The notes: a model not told the origin generated them from the sequence alone. DNA of 64,000 nucleotides from an uncultured delta proteobacterium (GCA_963785725.1 CAWAWS010000009.1:32001-96000); one strand, 5' to 3'; counted from the first letter of the stretch, positions 45,657-57,365 are shown. Program-made: numbers and translations.

Positions 45657-46631
45657 CTACTGGCCGAGCGTCACTTGTGTCGAAACACCATTGATGGAGC
45701 AGGTGGCCGTCGTCTGCGTCACGCCGGCGGGCAAGCGGAACGTCGTGACCACGCCGGCGGGCAGCGTCAGCGACGGTTCCCACACCGCCTTGTCGTCGGC
45801 CGGGGCCATGATCGTGACGCGGGGGTCCGCGACCGTCCAGCCGCAGCCCAGGCCGTAGACGGGGCCGAGCGCATCGCTGGGCGTGGCGGTGACGTCGACG
45901 AGGTGGTCGTTGCCGTCGGTGGCGAGCGCCGGCGGCGCGGCGACGGCGGCGAGCGCGACAATCGCCGTCGGCTCCTCGATTCGCAACGTCAGCGCGAAGC
46001 TGGGACCGCCGACGAGGCCGCCGCTGATGCTGCCGGCGCCGGCGCCGCTGGCGACGACATCGTAGACGCCGTCACCGCTGGGCACGACGCCGACGCCGGC
46101 GGAGCCGGCGAGCGTCGTCGTGCCGATGAGCGCGTTGTCGGCGGCATCGCGCGGCGTGACGGTGAGCGCGACCAGCTCCGAGCTGGCGATGGCGACGCTG
46201 CCGTCGGACGACGGCGAGCCGATCACCGACTCGAGCCGCGTGGCCTGCACGACCGTGACCGTGACCGCGCCGGCGATGCCATCGTGCAGGTCGATCAGCT
46301 GCAGCTGCGTGATGCCCGGCTGACCGGCGGTGACGGCGACGGCGAGGATGCCCTGGTCGTCGACCGGGCTGCCGACGAACGTGGCGACGCTGGGATCGCT
46401 CGACGACACGTGCGCGATGGCGACCGCGTCCGCGCCCATCGCGATGTCGATTCTCGCGGTCGCGCCGGCGGCCATCGCGTCGTTGCCGACGGAGCAGTCG
46501 CTGCGCGTGCAGCCGTGGAACGTGTAGCTGAGCGCGTTGACGTGGCCGGCGCCGCAGCCGTCGTCGAGGCCGGGGCAGCCGGGCAACATGAAGAGGCCGA
46601 GGAGCGCGCTGAGAACGCCGAAGATTCGCAT
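45657..46631 (-). CDS. Hypothetical lipoprotein with Ig-like beta repeats
   Basis: Lipobox LPG-C; SSSDPSVATF and WTVADPRV are Big_2-like; start uncertain (46631 or 46643). Confidence 0.6.
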   Translation of the reverse strand: MRIFGVLSALLGLFMLPGCPGLDDGCGAGHVNALSYTFHGCTRSDCSVGNDAMAAGATARIDIAMGADAVAIAHVSSSDPSVATFVGSPVDDQGILAVAVTAGQPGITQLQLIDLHDGIAGAVTVTVVQATRLESVIGSPSSDGSVAIASSELVALTVTPRDAADNALIGTTTLAGSAGVGVVPSGDGVYDVVASGAGAGSISGGLVGGPSFALTLRIEEPTAIVALAAVAAPPALATDGNDHLVDVTATPSDALGPVYGLGCGWTVADPRVTIMAPADDKAVWEPSLTLPAGVVTTFRLPAGVTQTTATCSINGVSTQVTLGQ

Positions 46632-46757
46632 GCCGGCCGCCATTACCAGCGTCGTGCCAGCAGGGCGGTGACGCGAATTCACGTAGTTGCGCGCGGCAAA
46701 CGCGTCACGATCGCGGCGTGACTGTCGCAGCCGCAGCCGGCGCAGCGGCCGCTTCGG

Positions 46758-47897
46758 CTACTGCGAGCGCTTGTATTCGTCGCCGGAGAACTGGTAGCGC
46801 GCGTGGCGGCCGTCGGGTGTCGTCGCCCACGGCAACAGGACGGGGATGATGTCGCCCGGCGGTGACTCGGGCCAGGTCGCCGCCGAGGCGCCCTCGGCGC
46901 GCGTGGCGTCGATGACGATGTCGTTGGCGCGCCCGCGCTTGACGAACGCGACCTTGTTCTCGACGCGCCCTTTGTCGATCGACTTGCCGACCTCGGCCGC
47001 GAAGACGCGACGAATGTCGGAGTCGCCGAGCATGCGGTAGACGGCGAGCACCTCGTGGCCGTAGCCGCCGCCCTTCTCGGAATAGCGCACGACGACCGCC
47101 TGCCGACCGTCGCCGGCGAGGTCCAACAAGCGCGCATCCTTGACGTCGCTGCGCCCTTTGACGGGCAGCTCGGTGAAGACGTAGCCGTCGCCGATGAAGC
47201 CCAAGAAGCGGCCGGCCAAGACGACGCGCGCGCCGGTCTTGCCGTCGAGCCGCGCGTTCTGATCGAACCAAATGTCGCTGTGGCCGAGCTTGCAATCGGT
47301 CAAGAACGCGTCGAGCTGCCCGCCGCCGCCGCCGGCGTCGTTGAAGACGATGTTGCCGGTGACGCCGACGGTGCGCTCGGTCTTCATCTGCACTTTGGAG
47401 TCGCTGTCGGCGAACTGCGCGTCGAGCGCGATGGGCATGCCGGCGCGATAGCCGGGAATGGTCGCCATCGGAATCGCCAGCTCGACGGCCCAGCCGCGCT
47501 CCTGCAGCGCCGACACCGCCTTGAGCTTCGCCGGCTTCGATCCCCAGCGCGCCACCGTCGGAATGTCGCGCGCGTTGCCGGGATAGACGAGCAGCGGATG
47601 GCCGTTGAACCCGAGCGACAGGTGATCTTCGCCCGGATGGCCCGGCCGCGTGCGCACCAGATAGTTGTCGCGCACGTCGACGAGCAGCAGCATCGTCTTG
47701 CCGTCCTCGACGTTGCATTTGATCGTGAACGACGCGTTCGAATCCCTCGCGTTGGCGTCGAGGCCTTCGACGTCGTTCCAGTCGTCGACGAGGCCGTCGA
47801 GCTGGACGGTCCCCTTCTCGGCCGGACCGCAAGGGAGATCGGCTGCCGACGCTGGCGTGGCGGCCAAGAGCGCGCAAAGCCCAATGGCGTGCTTCAT
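46758..47897 (-). CDS. Secreted protein with CBM9/DOMON-like N-terminal domain and FG-GAP-like C-terminal part
   Basis: Signal peptide; QLDGLVDDW, VDVRDN, GWAVELAIP; DLAGDGRQ. Confidence 0.55.
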   Translation of the reverse strand: MKHAIGLCALLAATPASAADLPCGPAEKGTVQLDGLVDDWNDVEGLDANARDSNASFTIKCNVEDGKTMLLLVDVRDNYLVRTRPGHPGEDHLSLGFNGHPLLVYPGNARDIPTVARWGSKPAKLKAVSALQERGWAVELAIPMATIPGYRAGMPIALDAQFADSDSKVQMKTERTVGVTGNIVFNDAGGGGGQLDAFLTDCKLGHSDIWFDQNARLDGKTGARVVLAGRFLGFIGDGYVFTELPVKGRSDVKDARLLDLAGDGRQAVVVRYSEKGGGYGHEVLAVYRMLGDSDIRRVFAAEVGKSIDKGRVENKVAFVKRGRANDIVIDATRAEGASAATWPESPPGDIIPVLLPWATTPDGRHARYQFSGDEYKRSQ

Positions 47898-47927
47898 TGG
47901 GCGCGCAGTATATGCTAGACCACCCCA

Positions 47928-49528
<1,601 letters not shown>

Positions 49529-49896
49529 CGCCCGCGCGGGCGACGGTCGCGAGCGGGGCCGTCCCGCTCGGAGCCGCGCTCGCGGCGTCGTATTTCCGCG
49601 ATCCACCCAGCCTCGCCAGTCGCTCTCGCAATCAAGATGCCGCGTCCGCGCTCGCGACGTGTTGGCGCGCCGCAGCGCGACGCGGTCGACGACTCGCGGC
49701 GGCCTCGCGCCTCGGCGCTGCGACAGCATCGCGCGGCGATCCGGGCGCGCGGAATTCGCGGGCGACCGCTTGCGTCCAGGCGGCGACCGTACGGTTCGCA
49801 GCATCCTGCCGCTGGGGAATTCGCCGGCGACGGCTCCGTCCGAGCAGCGACGGCATGGCTCGCGGCGATCGCGCGGCTCGGCGACGGGCTACGACG

Positions 49897-50253
49897 TCAA
49901 TGCGGTGGCAGGAGTTGCGCGCGGCGCATGTCGTCGCCGCCTTGGCAGTAGACGACGATGCCCATCGTCAGCGTGATATCGAGGACGAAGTTGCCCGCGA
50001 CGCCGCTCCATAAGAGCGCCTTGTCGGTCGAGTCCTTGGGCGTGAGGCTCCAGCCTGCGCGGCCGAGGCCGGTGAACGTCAGCGCCGTCGTCGCCGCGTC
50101 GAGCAGGCTGCCGACGGCGATGAGCGACGCGCCCAGCACCTTCTTTTGATGACCGTCGCGGGCTAGTCGCGCGCGGTCGCCTTCGTCGGCGCGCGCACGT
50201 TGCGGAGGCGATGCCAGCAGCAGCAGACCGCACGCGAGCGACCGGAACCGCAT
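49897..50253 (-). CDS. Small membrane hypothetical protein
   Basis: Signal peptide plus two hydrophobic segments; TATCGT 6 nt upstream of the ATG. Confidence 0.55.
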   Translation of the reverse strand: MRFRSLACGLLLLASPPQRARADEGDRARLARDGHQKKVLGASLIAVGSLLDAATTALTFTGLGRAGWSLTPKDSTDKALLWSGVAGNFVLDITLTMGIVVYCQGGDDMRRAQLLPPH

Positions 50254-50368
50254 GCGTCGACGATAGCAGATCGCGCCGATCGCGATCGGCTACGGCTCAC
50301 GTCGCCCGCGGGGCTTCACGCTTCCGAGCGGTTTCGCACGAGCGCCACCTGGATTTGTCGGTGCAAGC

Positions 50369-51025
50369 TCATCGCGCGGCTGCTCGCGATGCGTTTGCCG
50401 CGGTGAACTCGGCCACGCGACGGCAAACCTCGTCGGAATCGGCGCCGGCGAAGAAGTGGCCGCGACCGGGCAGCACGTCGAGACGCACGGACGGTCGGTC
50501 GGCGGCCCAGCCGGCCAGGCGATCGATCTCGCTGAATTGATCGGCATCGCCGCTGACGAACAGCCATGGCAAGCGTCGATCGAGCGCGCGTAAGAGGTCG
50601 CCGACGCGCGCGGCATCTTGGCCGAGAATCGTCGTCGGGAAACCGACGGCCGCCAGCGATGTCACCGAGGTGCCGGCGGCGATCGCCCGCGCCGCCATGA
50701 GCGCGCCGAAGGAGTAGCCGACCAGCGCCACTTCCGCCGCGCCATGGCTGCGCGCCCAGTCGACGGCCGCCGCCACGTCTTCGTGCTCGGCCAAGCCGCC
50801 CGTCGGCGCGCCGCCCGAGCCGTCGAGGCCGCGGAAGTTGAACCGCAGCGTCGACCAGCCCGCGGCCGCGAGCGCGTCGGCGAGATCGAGGACGAGCGGC
50901 GTGTCCATGCGTCCGCCGAACGCCGGATGCGGGTGGCAGACGACGGCCATGGGCGCGTTCGGTCGCCAGTCGACTTCGGCCGCGAGCGTAAAGCCGGCAG
51001 CGACGGGGATCTTGGCCTCGGTCAT
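50369..51025 (-). CDS. Alpha/beta-fold hydrolase
   Basis: CHPHPAFGG, LRFNFRG, GYSFG nucleophile, GDADQF, GHFF. Confidence 0.88.
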   Translation of the reverse strand: MTEAKIPVAAGFTLAAEVDWRPNAPMAVVCHPHPAFGGRMDTPLVLDLADALAAAGWSTLRFNFRGLDGSGGAPTGGLAEHEDVAAAVDWARSHGAAEVALVGYSFGALMAARAIAAGTSVTSLAAVGFPTTILGQDAARVGDLLRALDRRLPWLFVSGDADQFSEIDRLAGWAADRPSVRLDVLPGRGHFFAGADSDEVCRRVAEFTAANASRAAAR

Positions 51026-51035
51026 CCTCGCCTCG

Positions 51036-51905
51036 TCATAAGAGCACGTACAAGAGGCCGCCCAACGCCACCAGCGCCGCCAGTACGCCGACGACGACGA
51101 GGAGCAGCTCGGGACGTCGCGCGACCGCGATCGGCTGCGACACCGACGCCGGCGACTGCGACGACCCGGCCGCCTCCGCCTCCAGCTTGCGCAGATAGAC
51201 CTCGGCCGGATCGTGATAGCGCATCGAGGTCGCGCCCAACGTCACCGTCGCGCCGTCGTGCAGCTGACGGGCGCCCGAGACCTGCTCGCCGTCGACGCTG
51301 AGGACATGCGCATCGACGGCGCGAGCGCTCACGCCTAGCTCGTCGCGCACGAGCGCCGCGTGCTCGCGCCACATGTCGACGTCGTCGAGCCTCAAGTCGT
51401 TGCCGGCGGCGCGGCCGAGAATGTACGTGCGACCGACGTCGGCCAAGATCAAGACGACGCCCGTTTGCGGCCCATCGAGCACGCGCAGCGACGGCTGCGA
51501 CTCGCCGGGCCCGAGCCGCTCGAGGAGATCGCGCACCATGCCGCGCGCCATCGACAGCGAGCTCTCCGGCCGCGCTTCCGTGCTCGACGGCGGCAGCGAC
51601 ACCTGCAACGCATACTCGCCGATGCTGATGCGATCGCCCTCCTGCAGCCGCTGTCGCAAGCCGTTCGCCACCGGCGTGCCGTTCAGCCGCGTGCCGTTGG
51701 TCGAGTTGTCGTCGACGAGCCAATATTCGCCTTTGCGCCGCTCGATGCGCGCATGCACCAACGAGACGCGGGCATCGGGCAGGAGCACGTCGACGCCACC
51801 GCGACGACCGAGCAGGATCTGCGCGCGATCGGCGTCGAATTCGTAGCGGAATACGCGACGCGATCCGCTGTCGTTGCTCGCGCTCACCTCCAGTCTCAAC
51901 GGCAC
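51036..51905 (-). CDS. Tandem-FHA protein with C-terminal TM anchor
   Basis: LGRR..DVLLPDARVSLVHA..DDNSTNGT and a second LGRA..DLRLDD..WREHA; hydrophobic C-terminus. Confidence 0.85.
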   Translation of the reverse strand: MPLRLEVSASNDSGSRRVFRYEFDADRAQILLGRRGGVDVLLPDARVSLVHARIERRKGEYWLVDDNSTNGTRLNGTPVANGLRQRLQEGDRISIGEYALQVSLPPSSTEARPESSLSMARGMVRDLLERLGPGESQPSLRVLDGPQTGVVLILADVGRTYILGRAAGNDLRLDDVDMWREHAALVRDELGVSARAVDAHVLSVDGEQVSGARQLHDGATVTLGATSMRYHDPAEVYLRKLEAEAAGSSQSPASVSQPIAVARRPELLLVVVGVLAALVALGGLLYVLL

Positions 51906-51917
51906 GCCCCCATCATG

Positions 51918-54293
51918 CTAGCGCGACGGCACGGCGGCAATATGGCCGTTTCCGTCGAGCGTCACGCTCACGCCGCCGTCGCGATCGGTGCGCAAGAGGC
52001 GCGCGCCGACCTCGAGCCAACGCGCGACCACGCCCGGATTGGGAAAGCCCCAACGATTACGCTCGCCGACGGACACCACCGCCAACGACGGATGCGTCGC
52101 GGCGACGAACGGCGCCGTCGAGGACGTCTTCGATCCGTGGTGCGGCACTTTGACCACGTCGGCGGCGAGCGTCGGTCCGGCGCGGGCGAGCACGGCCGAT
52201 TCGCCGTCGGCTTCGAGGTCGCCGGCGAACAGGATGCGGCGGCCGCGCCAGCGCACGTCGACGACGAGCGAGTTGTCGTTTTCACTGCGCGCGAGGTCCG
52301 TCGCCAGCGCGCCGGTCTCGTCGAACGGCGCCAGCGGCGCGATCAGCGCGCCACCGAGATCGAGCGGTCGCGGCCGCCCGATCGGCACGCCGTGTCGCGC
52401 CGCCGCGGCCAAGAGCGCGCGCGTGCCCGGCTGCTCGGTCGGCTGGCCGTTCGTCCACACTTCACCGACGGGAAACTGCTCGATGAGCGTCGCCAGGCCA
52501 TTGGCGTGATCGGGATGCGGATGCGACAGAACGATGAGGTCGATGCGATCGATGCCGCGTCGCCACAAGAAGGGCACGATCACTTGCTTGCCGGGATCGA
52601 AGCCGGGATCGAACGAGCCGCCGCCGTCGACGACGAGGACGCGACCGCGCGGCAGCTCGACGACACAGGCATCCCCTTGGCCGACGTCGAGGAAGGTGGC
52701 GGTGACCGTCCGCGAGGTCAGCCGCATGAGCTTGCGCGCGCCCATCGACGCCGTCACCAGCAGCGTACACACCGTCACGACGCGCCAGCTGCGCCGGCCG
52801 TGGAGGACGATCGCCGCCAGCCCGACGTACCACACGACGATCTCGGGCCAGATCGGCTGCGCCACCCGCCACGCCGGCGCTACGCTCGCGAACGCCAACG
52901 TAAAGCGCGCCATCGCACGCGACAGCAGGCCCGCCAACGCCAGCAGCGTCGACGCGCCCGGCAAGTGCAGCAGCGCCAAGAGGCAGCCGACGAGACCGAC
53001 CGGCACGATGCCCAGCTCCGACAGCGGCACGACCACGAGGTTGGAGAGGATGCCTGCCGGCGCCAGCTGCGAGAAATGCCAGGCCGCGATCGGCGCCGTC
53101 GCGACGATGGCGGCCGCCGAAGCCGCGACGAGCCGCAGCGCCCAGCGCGCCAGCCGACGCGGCCATCGGCCGCCGCGACCCGTCGGTGACCAGCGCCGCG
53201 CCAGCGAGCCGGTGCCGAGCGCAGCGGCAAAAGACAGCTGAAACGACGGATCGAACAGCTCCAACGGCGACGCGGACAGGATGACGAGCGCCGCGATCGC
53301 CAGCGCTTGCACGGCGGTCGTGCGCCGGCCGAGGGCGACGGCGCCGAGCCAGACCAGCGCCACGACGCACGAGCGCACCGTCGCCACCGCGGCGCCGGTC
53401 AAGAGCGTGTACAGGAGCACGGCCGGCATGGCGGCGGCGGCGGCATAAGGCTGCACCGGTCGCGCCGCGGCCAGCGACGGCAGACGAACCAAGAGGCGAC
53501 GCAAACCGACGTAGAACAGGAACGCCGCCATCGCCAGATGCAGGCCGCTCACCGACAGGACGTGCGAGACGCCGGCGGTGCGAAAGGCGTCGTCGAGCGG
53601 CGGCCGAATGTCGCCCCGGTCGCCGAGCACCAGCGACGACACGAGCGCCTCGGCGTCGCCGTCGAGCCGGGCGCGCACGTCGGCCAGCATGCGAGCGCGC
53701 CAATCGGCCACCAGACGCGCGAGACTGCGTTCGGGAGGTCGCGCCAAGCGCGACAGCGCCGCCGCGTGTGCGCTGCCCGTCGCCGCGATGCCGTCGGCCG
53801 CGGCGCGCCGGCTGGTGTCGGGCGCGCCCGGGTTGATGAAGCCGCGCGGCGCCCGCAGCCGCGTCGTCGCCCGCACCCAATCGCCCGGCAAGAGCGGCTC
53901 GAGCGGCGGACCATCGAGCATCATTAATACGCGCACATTCACGCGGCGCCGCTCGGACTGCCGCTCGACCGCGACGAGATCGATCGGCACACGTACGCCG
54001 CCCGTCGAACGCTCGGGCGCGGCCGCCACTTCGCCTTCGATCGTCCACGGCTCACCGTCGAGCAGCTCGAGCGGCGGCCGCGGTCGCGCGCCCGCTACCG
54101 CCAACGCGCCGAGCGCGAGCGACAGCGCGATCGCCGACACGCCGACGCGACTGCCGCGCCGCCGCGCCAGCAGGAGCGCCGCCGTCGCTGCCCCAGTCGC
54201 CGCCAGCGCCGCGCCGACGCCGGCCTGCGACCACTCGCCGGCGGCAACACCGACGACGAAGGCGAGCGAAACGAGCGAGAGCGCATCGAGCAT
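51918..54293 (-). CDS. comEC: DNA uptake channel ComEC/Rec2
   Basis: GVSHVLSVSGLH, SFQLSF, FLDVGQGD, LSHPHPDHANG, KVPHHGS, RTDRDG. Confidence 0.93.
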   Translation of the reverse strand: MLDALSLVSLAFVVGVAAGEWSQAGVGAALAATGAATAALLLARRRGSRVGVSAIALSLALGALAVAGARPRPPLELLDGEPWTIEGEVAAAPERSTGGVRVPIDLVAVERQSERRRVNVRVLMMLDGPPLEPLLPGDWVRATTRLRAPRGFINPGAPDTSRRAAADGIAATGSAHAAALSRLARPPERSLARLVADWRARMLADVRARLDGDAEALVSSLVLGDRGDIRPPLDDAFRTAGVSHVLSVSGLHLAMAAFLFYVGLRRLLVRLPSLAAARPVQPYAAAAAMPAVLLYTLLTGAAVATVRSCVVALVWLGAVALGRRTTAVQALAIAALVILSASPLELFDPSFQLSFAAALGTGSLARRWSPTGRGGRWPRRLARWALRLVAASAAAIVATAPIAAWHFSQLAPAGILSNLVVVPLSELGIVPVGLVGCLLALLHLPGASTLLALAGLLSRAMARFTLAFASVAPAWRVAQPIWPEIVVWYVGLAAIVLHGRRSWRVVTVCTLLVTASMGARKLMRLTSRTVTATFLDVGQGDACVVELPRGRVLVVDGGGSFDPGFDPGKQVIVPFLWRRGIDRIDLIVLSHPHPDHANGLATLIEQFPVGEVWTNGQPTEQPGTRALLAAAARHGVPIGRPRPLDLGGALIAPLAPFDETGALATDLARSENDNSLVVDVRWRGRRILFAGDLEADGESAVLARAGPTLAADVVKVPHHGSKTSSTAPFVAATHPSLAVVSVGERNRWGFPNPGVVARWLEVGARLLRTDRDGGVSVTLDGNGHIAAVPSR

Positions 54294-54656
54294 GCGAGAC
54301 TTATCGGCGGGCGCAAAAAGAAGTTGCTAGGTGGCGACGAATTATTATTTTCGCGCGAGCAGGAAACTTTTTTTCGCAGCTCGCGATAATTCACCCGTCA
54401 TGGCAAAGCGCTGCGTCAAACGGGCCGGCCCGACGGCACCGACTGTCTCCGGCAGGGTCGGTCGCGCGCCGCTCGCTTCGGCGGGTCGGCTCGGGTATGG
54501 TCGGCGCCGCACCCCATGCATGATGCTCGCCCGAAACAATCCTTCGCCGATGCCCACCGTCGACCAGCGAGCGCGTCCGACCGCGCAGGCCATTGACCGA
54601 TGAAGGACCTCCGGTATCATCGTAAGACTCGGGGAAGGCTCGCCCCGGAGGGTGTG

Positions 54657-55319
54657 ATGGTCCGCGTGGGGCTCATCGCGATTCTCGTGGCTCTCGCAGC
54701 GACCGCGTCGGCGACGCCGGTTCGCGGCACGATCGCGTTGCCGGCCGAGCCGCGCGCGCCCGATCATGACGCGCATTGGCGAGTGGAAAACGGCGTGATC
54801 GGCATCGGACCACGCGTGCCCGATCCGCGGCTCGACGTCATCGTCGCCTTCGACGGCGCGGCGCCCAAGGATGCCAAGGTGCCGAACGCGACCGTCGAGC
54901 TGCACGGGCTACGGCTCGATCCGCGCGTCGTCGTCGTGCCGGTGGGCGGCTCGGTCGAATTCAAGAACAGCGATCGCGTGCCGCACACATTATATATCGA
55001 GCATGCGACGTCGCTGATGAAGCCGGAGCCGACACCCTCGCAGCAAGCGCGCACGCAAAAGTTCTATGCGGCGGGCGAATATCGCGTGCGCGACGAGGAA
55101 TTTCCGCATATCGATGGGGATGTCATCGTCTTGCAGACGCCGTGGTTCGCGCGGCTCGACGACAAAGGGCAGTTCAAGATCGAGCTGCCCGAAGGGAAAT
55201 ATACGCTGCGGGTCTTCTGGCACGACAAGTGGGTGGTGACGCAGCCGCTCGAAGTGGGGGCGAAGCAGGCGGAGGTCACCATCCAGGTGCCGGCGATAGC
55301 GACGGGGGCCAAGCCGTAG
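54657..55319 (+). CDS. Secreted cupredoxin-like / carboxypeptidase-regulatory-like domain protein
   Basis: Signal peptide; PRVVVVPVGGSVEFKNSDRVPH, GQFKIELPEGKYTLRVFW; no copper-ligating Cys in the translation. Confidence 0.65.
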   Translation: MVRVGLIAILVALAATASATPVRGTIALPAEPRAPDHDAHWRVENGVIGIGPRVPDPRLDVIVAFDGAAPKDAKVPNATVELHGLRLDPRVVVVPVGGSVEFKNSDRVPHTLYIEHATSLMKPEPTPSQQARTQKFYAAGEYRVRDEEFPHIDGDVIVLQTPWFARLDDKGQFKIELPEGKYTLRVFWHDKWVVTQPLEVGAKQAEVTIQVPAIATGAKP

Positions 55320-57365
55320 ATGTTCTGGTCCAAGACGTGGTTCTTCCTGATTGCGCTCGTCGGTGCGTTGGCAGTGGCGGTGGCGTTGTTGGCGACGCGG
55401 CCGCTGCAGCGCGATCTCGAGCGTGAGACGGGCGCGCGCCTCGAACGCGCCCAGCATTCGGCGTCGCTCCTCCTCAAGGTCAATGCGCGCAAGTGGATCG
55501 ACACGGCGGCGCAGGTGGCGACGGACGCGGTGCTCGTCGAGGCGCTCGATCAGGCGACCAAAGGGCCGGCCGATCTGGGCCTCGTGCATCGGACGGTGCA
55601 AGAGCGGCTCAAGTATTTCAACGACAAGATGAAGGTGGATCTCGTCATGGCCACCGACGCGCACGGGCGGGTGATCGCGCGCGCCGGGCTCGACGACAGC
55701 GTGTACAAAGACGGCGTCGAGGGGTTTCCGCTCGTCGCCGATGCGCTGCGCGGCTATCGCGGCGACGACACGTGGTCGCAGGGCGGCAAGCTCTATCGCG
55801 TCGCGGCGTCGCCGGTCATCCGCGCCGATCGTTATGTCGGCGCGCTCGTCGTCGGACAAGAGGCGGCGGGCGAGCTGGCGCAGTCGATGAAGCGGGTGCT
55901 CGACGTCGACGTGGCGTTCCTCTTGCGCGGTCGCGTGCTGGCGGCGTCGGCGCAGATGCCGCTGCTCGGGCAGCTGCCGCTCTTGGTCGATCAACATTAC
56001 GACGAGATGATGGCGAGCGGGCGGTCGATGCCGCTGGCGGTCGATCAGGGTGGCGAGTCGTATCTGGTGGTGATCGCGCCCTTCGTGGGCGAGGCGGCGG
56101 AGCACAAGGCGGCCTACGCGCTGGTCGTGCCGCGGACGCCGGCGGTGACGCTGCAGTATCTGCTGGAGCAGCTGCTGCAGACGGATCCGAAGACGCTGCC
56201 GTGGGTGCAGCTGGCACCGATCGGCGGCGCGCTGTTGTTGGCGCTCATTATCGGCTTTCTGATGATGCGGCTGGAGGCGCTGCGGCCGCTCAAGCGGCTG
56301 GCGCGCGATGCGCAGGCGTTGGCGCGTGGCGACATTGCGCGGCTCGACGACGACCGCCATCCGGGCAAGTTCGGGACGGTGGCGCGCGCGCTCAACACGA
56401 CGCTCGATCGGCTGGGATCGGCGCCGCGGGCGCAGCGCGAGAGCAGCCGCAGCTTGGCGCCGGAGACGTCGTATTCGCGCGAGACGATCGCCGAGCCGTA
56501 CGCAGCGGCGCGGCAGGAGCAGCTGGCGCAGCAGCCGCGGCAAGAGTACGCGCCGCCGCCGCGCCAGGAGTTTGCGCCACCGCCGCCGCCGCGGCAGGAG
56601 CTGGCGCCGCGGCAAGAGGCGTTCGCGCCGCCGCCGCCGCCGCCGATACCGCGGCATGATCCGTATGCCGTGACGCGCGCGGCGTCGCCGCAAGCGCAAC
56701 CGATGAGCTTGCCGCGACAGACGGATCTGGAGGCGCCGTCGGTGCCGGAGTTCGACTCGCGGGCGACCATGGCGCGGCCGCGACCGCAGCTCGACGCCAT
56801 ACCGATGCAGCGCGACGACCGGCCCGACTCGGGTGAGCTCAGGCCGACGCAGGTGCGCATCGACTCGCGTAACTCGATGGCGGCGCCGCCACCGCCGCCG
56901 TCGCTGGTGCAGAGCCGCGATCAGACGGATCCGCACGACGCCGGGCCCGACTTCGTGGAGTCGACGATCTCGCCGCTCGGGCATCGCACGCCGCCGCCGA
57001 GCCCGTCGCCGCTGGGCAACGTGGGGCCGATCGGCGGCAAGGATTCGTTCGACGATCAGACGGCGGTCGCGAGCCCGTCGGAGGCGCTGTTGCGGGCGGC
57101 GGCGCGCGACATCTCGCAGGTGGGGCCGAACCCCGTCGAGGCGGCGGCCTTGGAGGCGGAGTTTCGCCAGGTCTATCGCGACTTCATCGAGACGAAGCAG
57201 GCGTGCGGCGAGGCCATCGAAGGCATCACGTACGATAAATTCTCGGGCAAGCTGCGCAACAATCGGCAGCAGCTCATCACGCGCTATTCGTGCAAGACGG
57301 TGAAGTTCCAGGTCTACATCAAGGACGGCAAGGCGGCGCTGAAGGCGACGCCGGTGACGGCCTAG
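55320..57365 (+). CDS. MXAN_5187-family membrane protein (TM, Cache-like, TM, HAMP, Pro-rich linker, conserved C-terminal domain)
   Basis: C-terminus FRQVYRDFIETKQACGE...YDKFSGKL..N...VKFQVYIKDGKAALKATP; HAMP RPLKRLARDAQALARGD. Confidence 0.75.
   Translation: MFWSKTWFFLIALVGALAVAVALLATRPLQRDLERETGARLERAQHSASLLLKVNARKWIDTAAQVATDAVLVEALDQATKGPADLGLVHRTVQERLKYFNDKMKVDLVMATDAHGRVIARAGLDDSVYKDGVEGFPLVADALRGYRGDDTWSQGGKLYRVAASPVIRADRYVGALVVGQEAAGELAQSMKRVLDVDVAFLLRGRVLAASAQMPLLGQLPLLVDQHYDEMMASGRSMPLAVDQGGESYLVVIAPFVGEAAEHKAAYALVVPRTPAVTLQYLLEQLLQTDPKTLPWVQLAPIGGALLLALIIGFLMMRLEALRPLKRLARDAQALARGDIARLDDDRHPGKFGTVARALNTTLDRLGSAPRAQRESSRSLAPETSYSRETIAEPYAAARQEQLAQQPRQEYAPPPRQEFAPPPPPRQELAPRQEAFAPPPPPPIPRHDPYAVTRAASPQAQPMSLPRQTDLEAPSVPEFDSRATMARPRPQLDAIPMQRDDRPDSGELRPTQVRIDSRNSMAAPPPPPSLVQSRDQTDPHDAGPDFVESTISPLGHRTPPPSPSPLGNVGPIGGKDSFDDQTAVASPSEALLRAAARDISQVGPNPVEAAALEAEFRQVYRDFIETKQACGEAIEGITYDKFSGKLRNNRQQLITRYSCKTVKFQVYIKDGKAALKATPVTA

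Noticed and set aside
49529..49896. SRP RNA (ffs) next to ffh
   Set aside because: No CAGG..GNRA..AGCAG domain IV motif found on either strand.
54335..54650. Riboswitch (c-di-GMP-like GGCAAA) in the comEC divergent region
   Set aside because: The remaining consensus elements are missing; the AT-rich part is better explained as promoter DNA.
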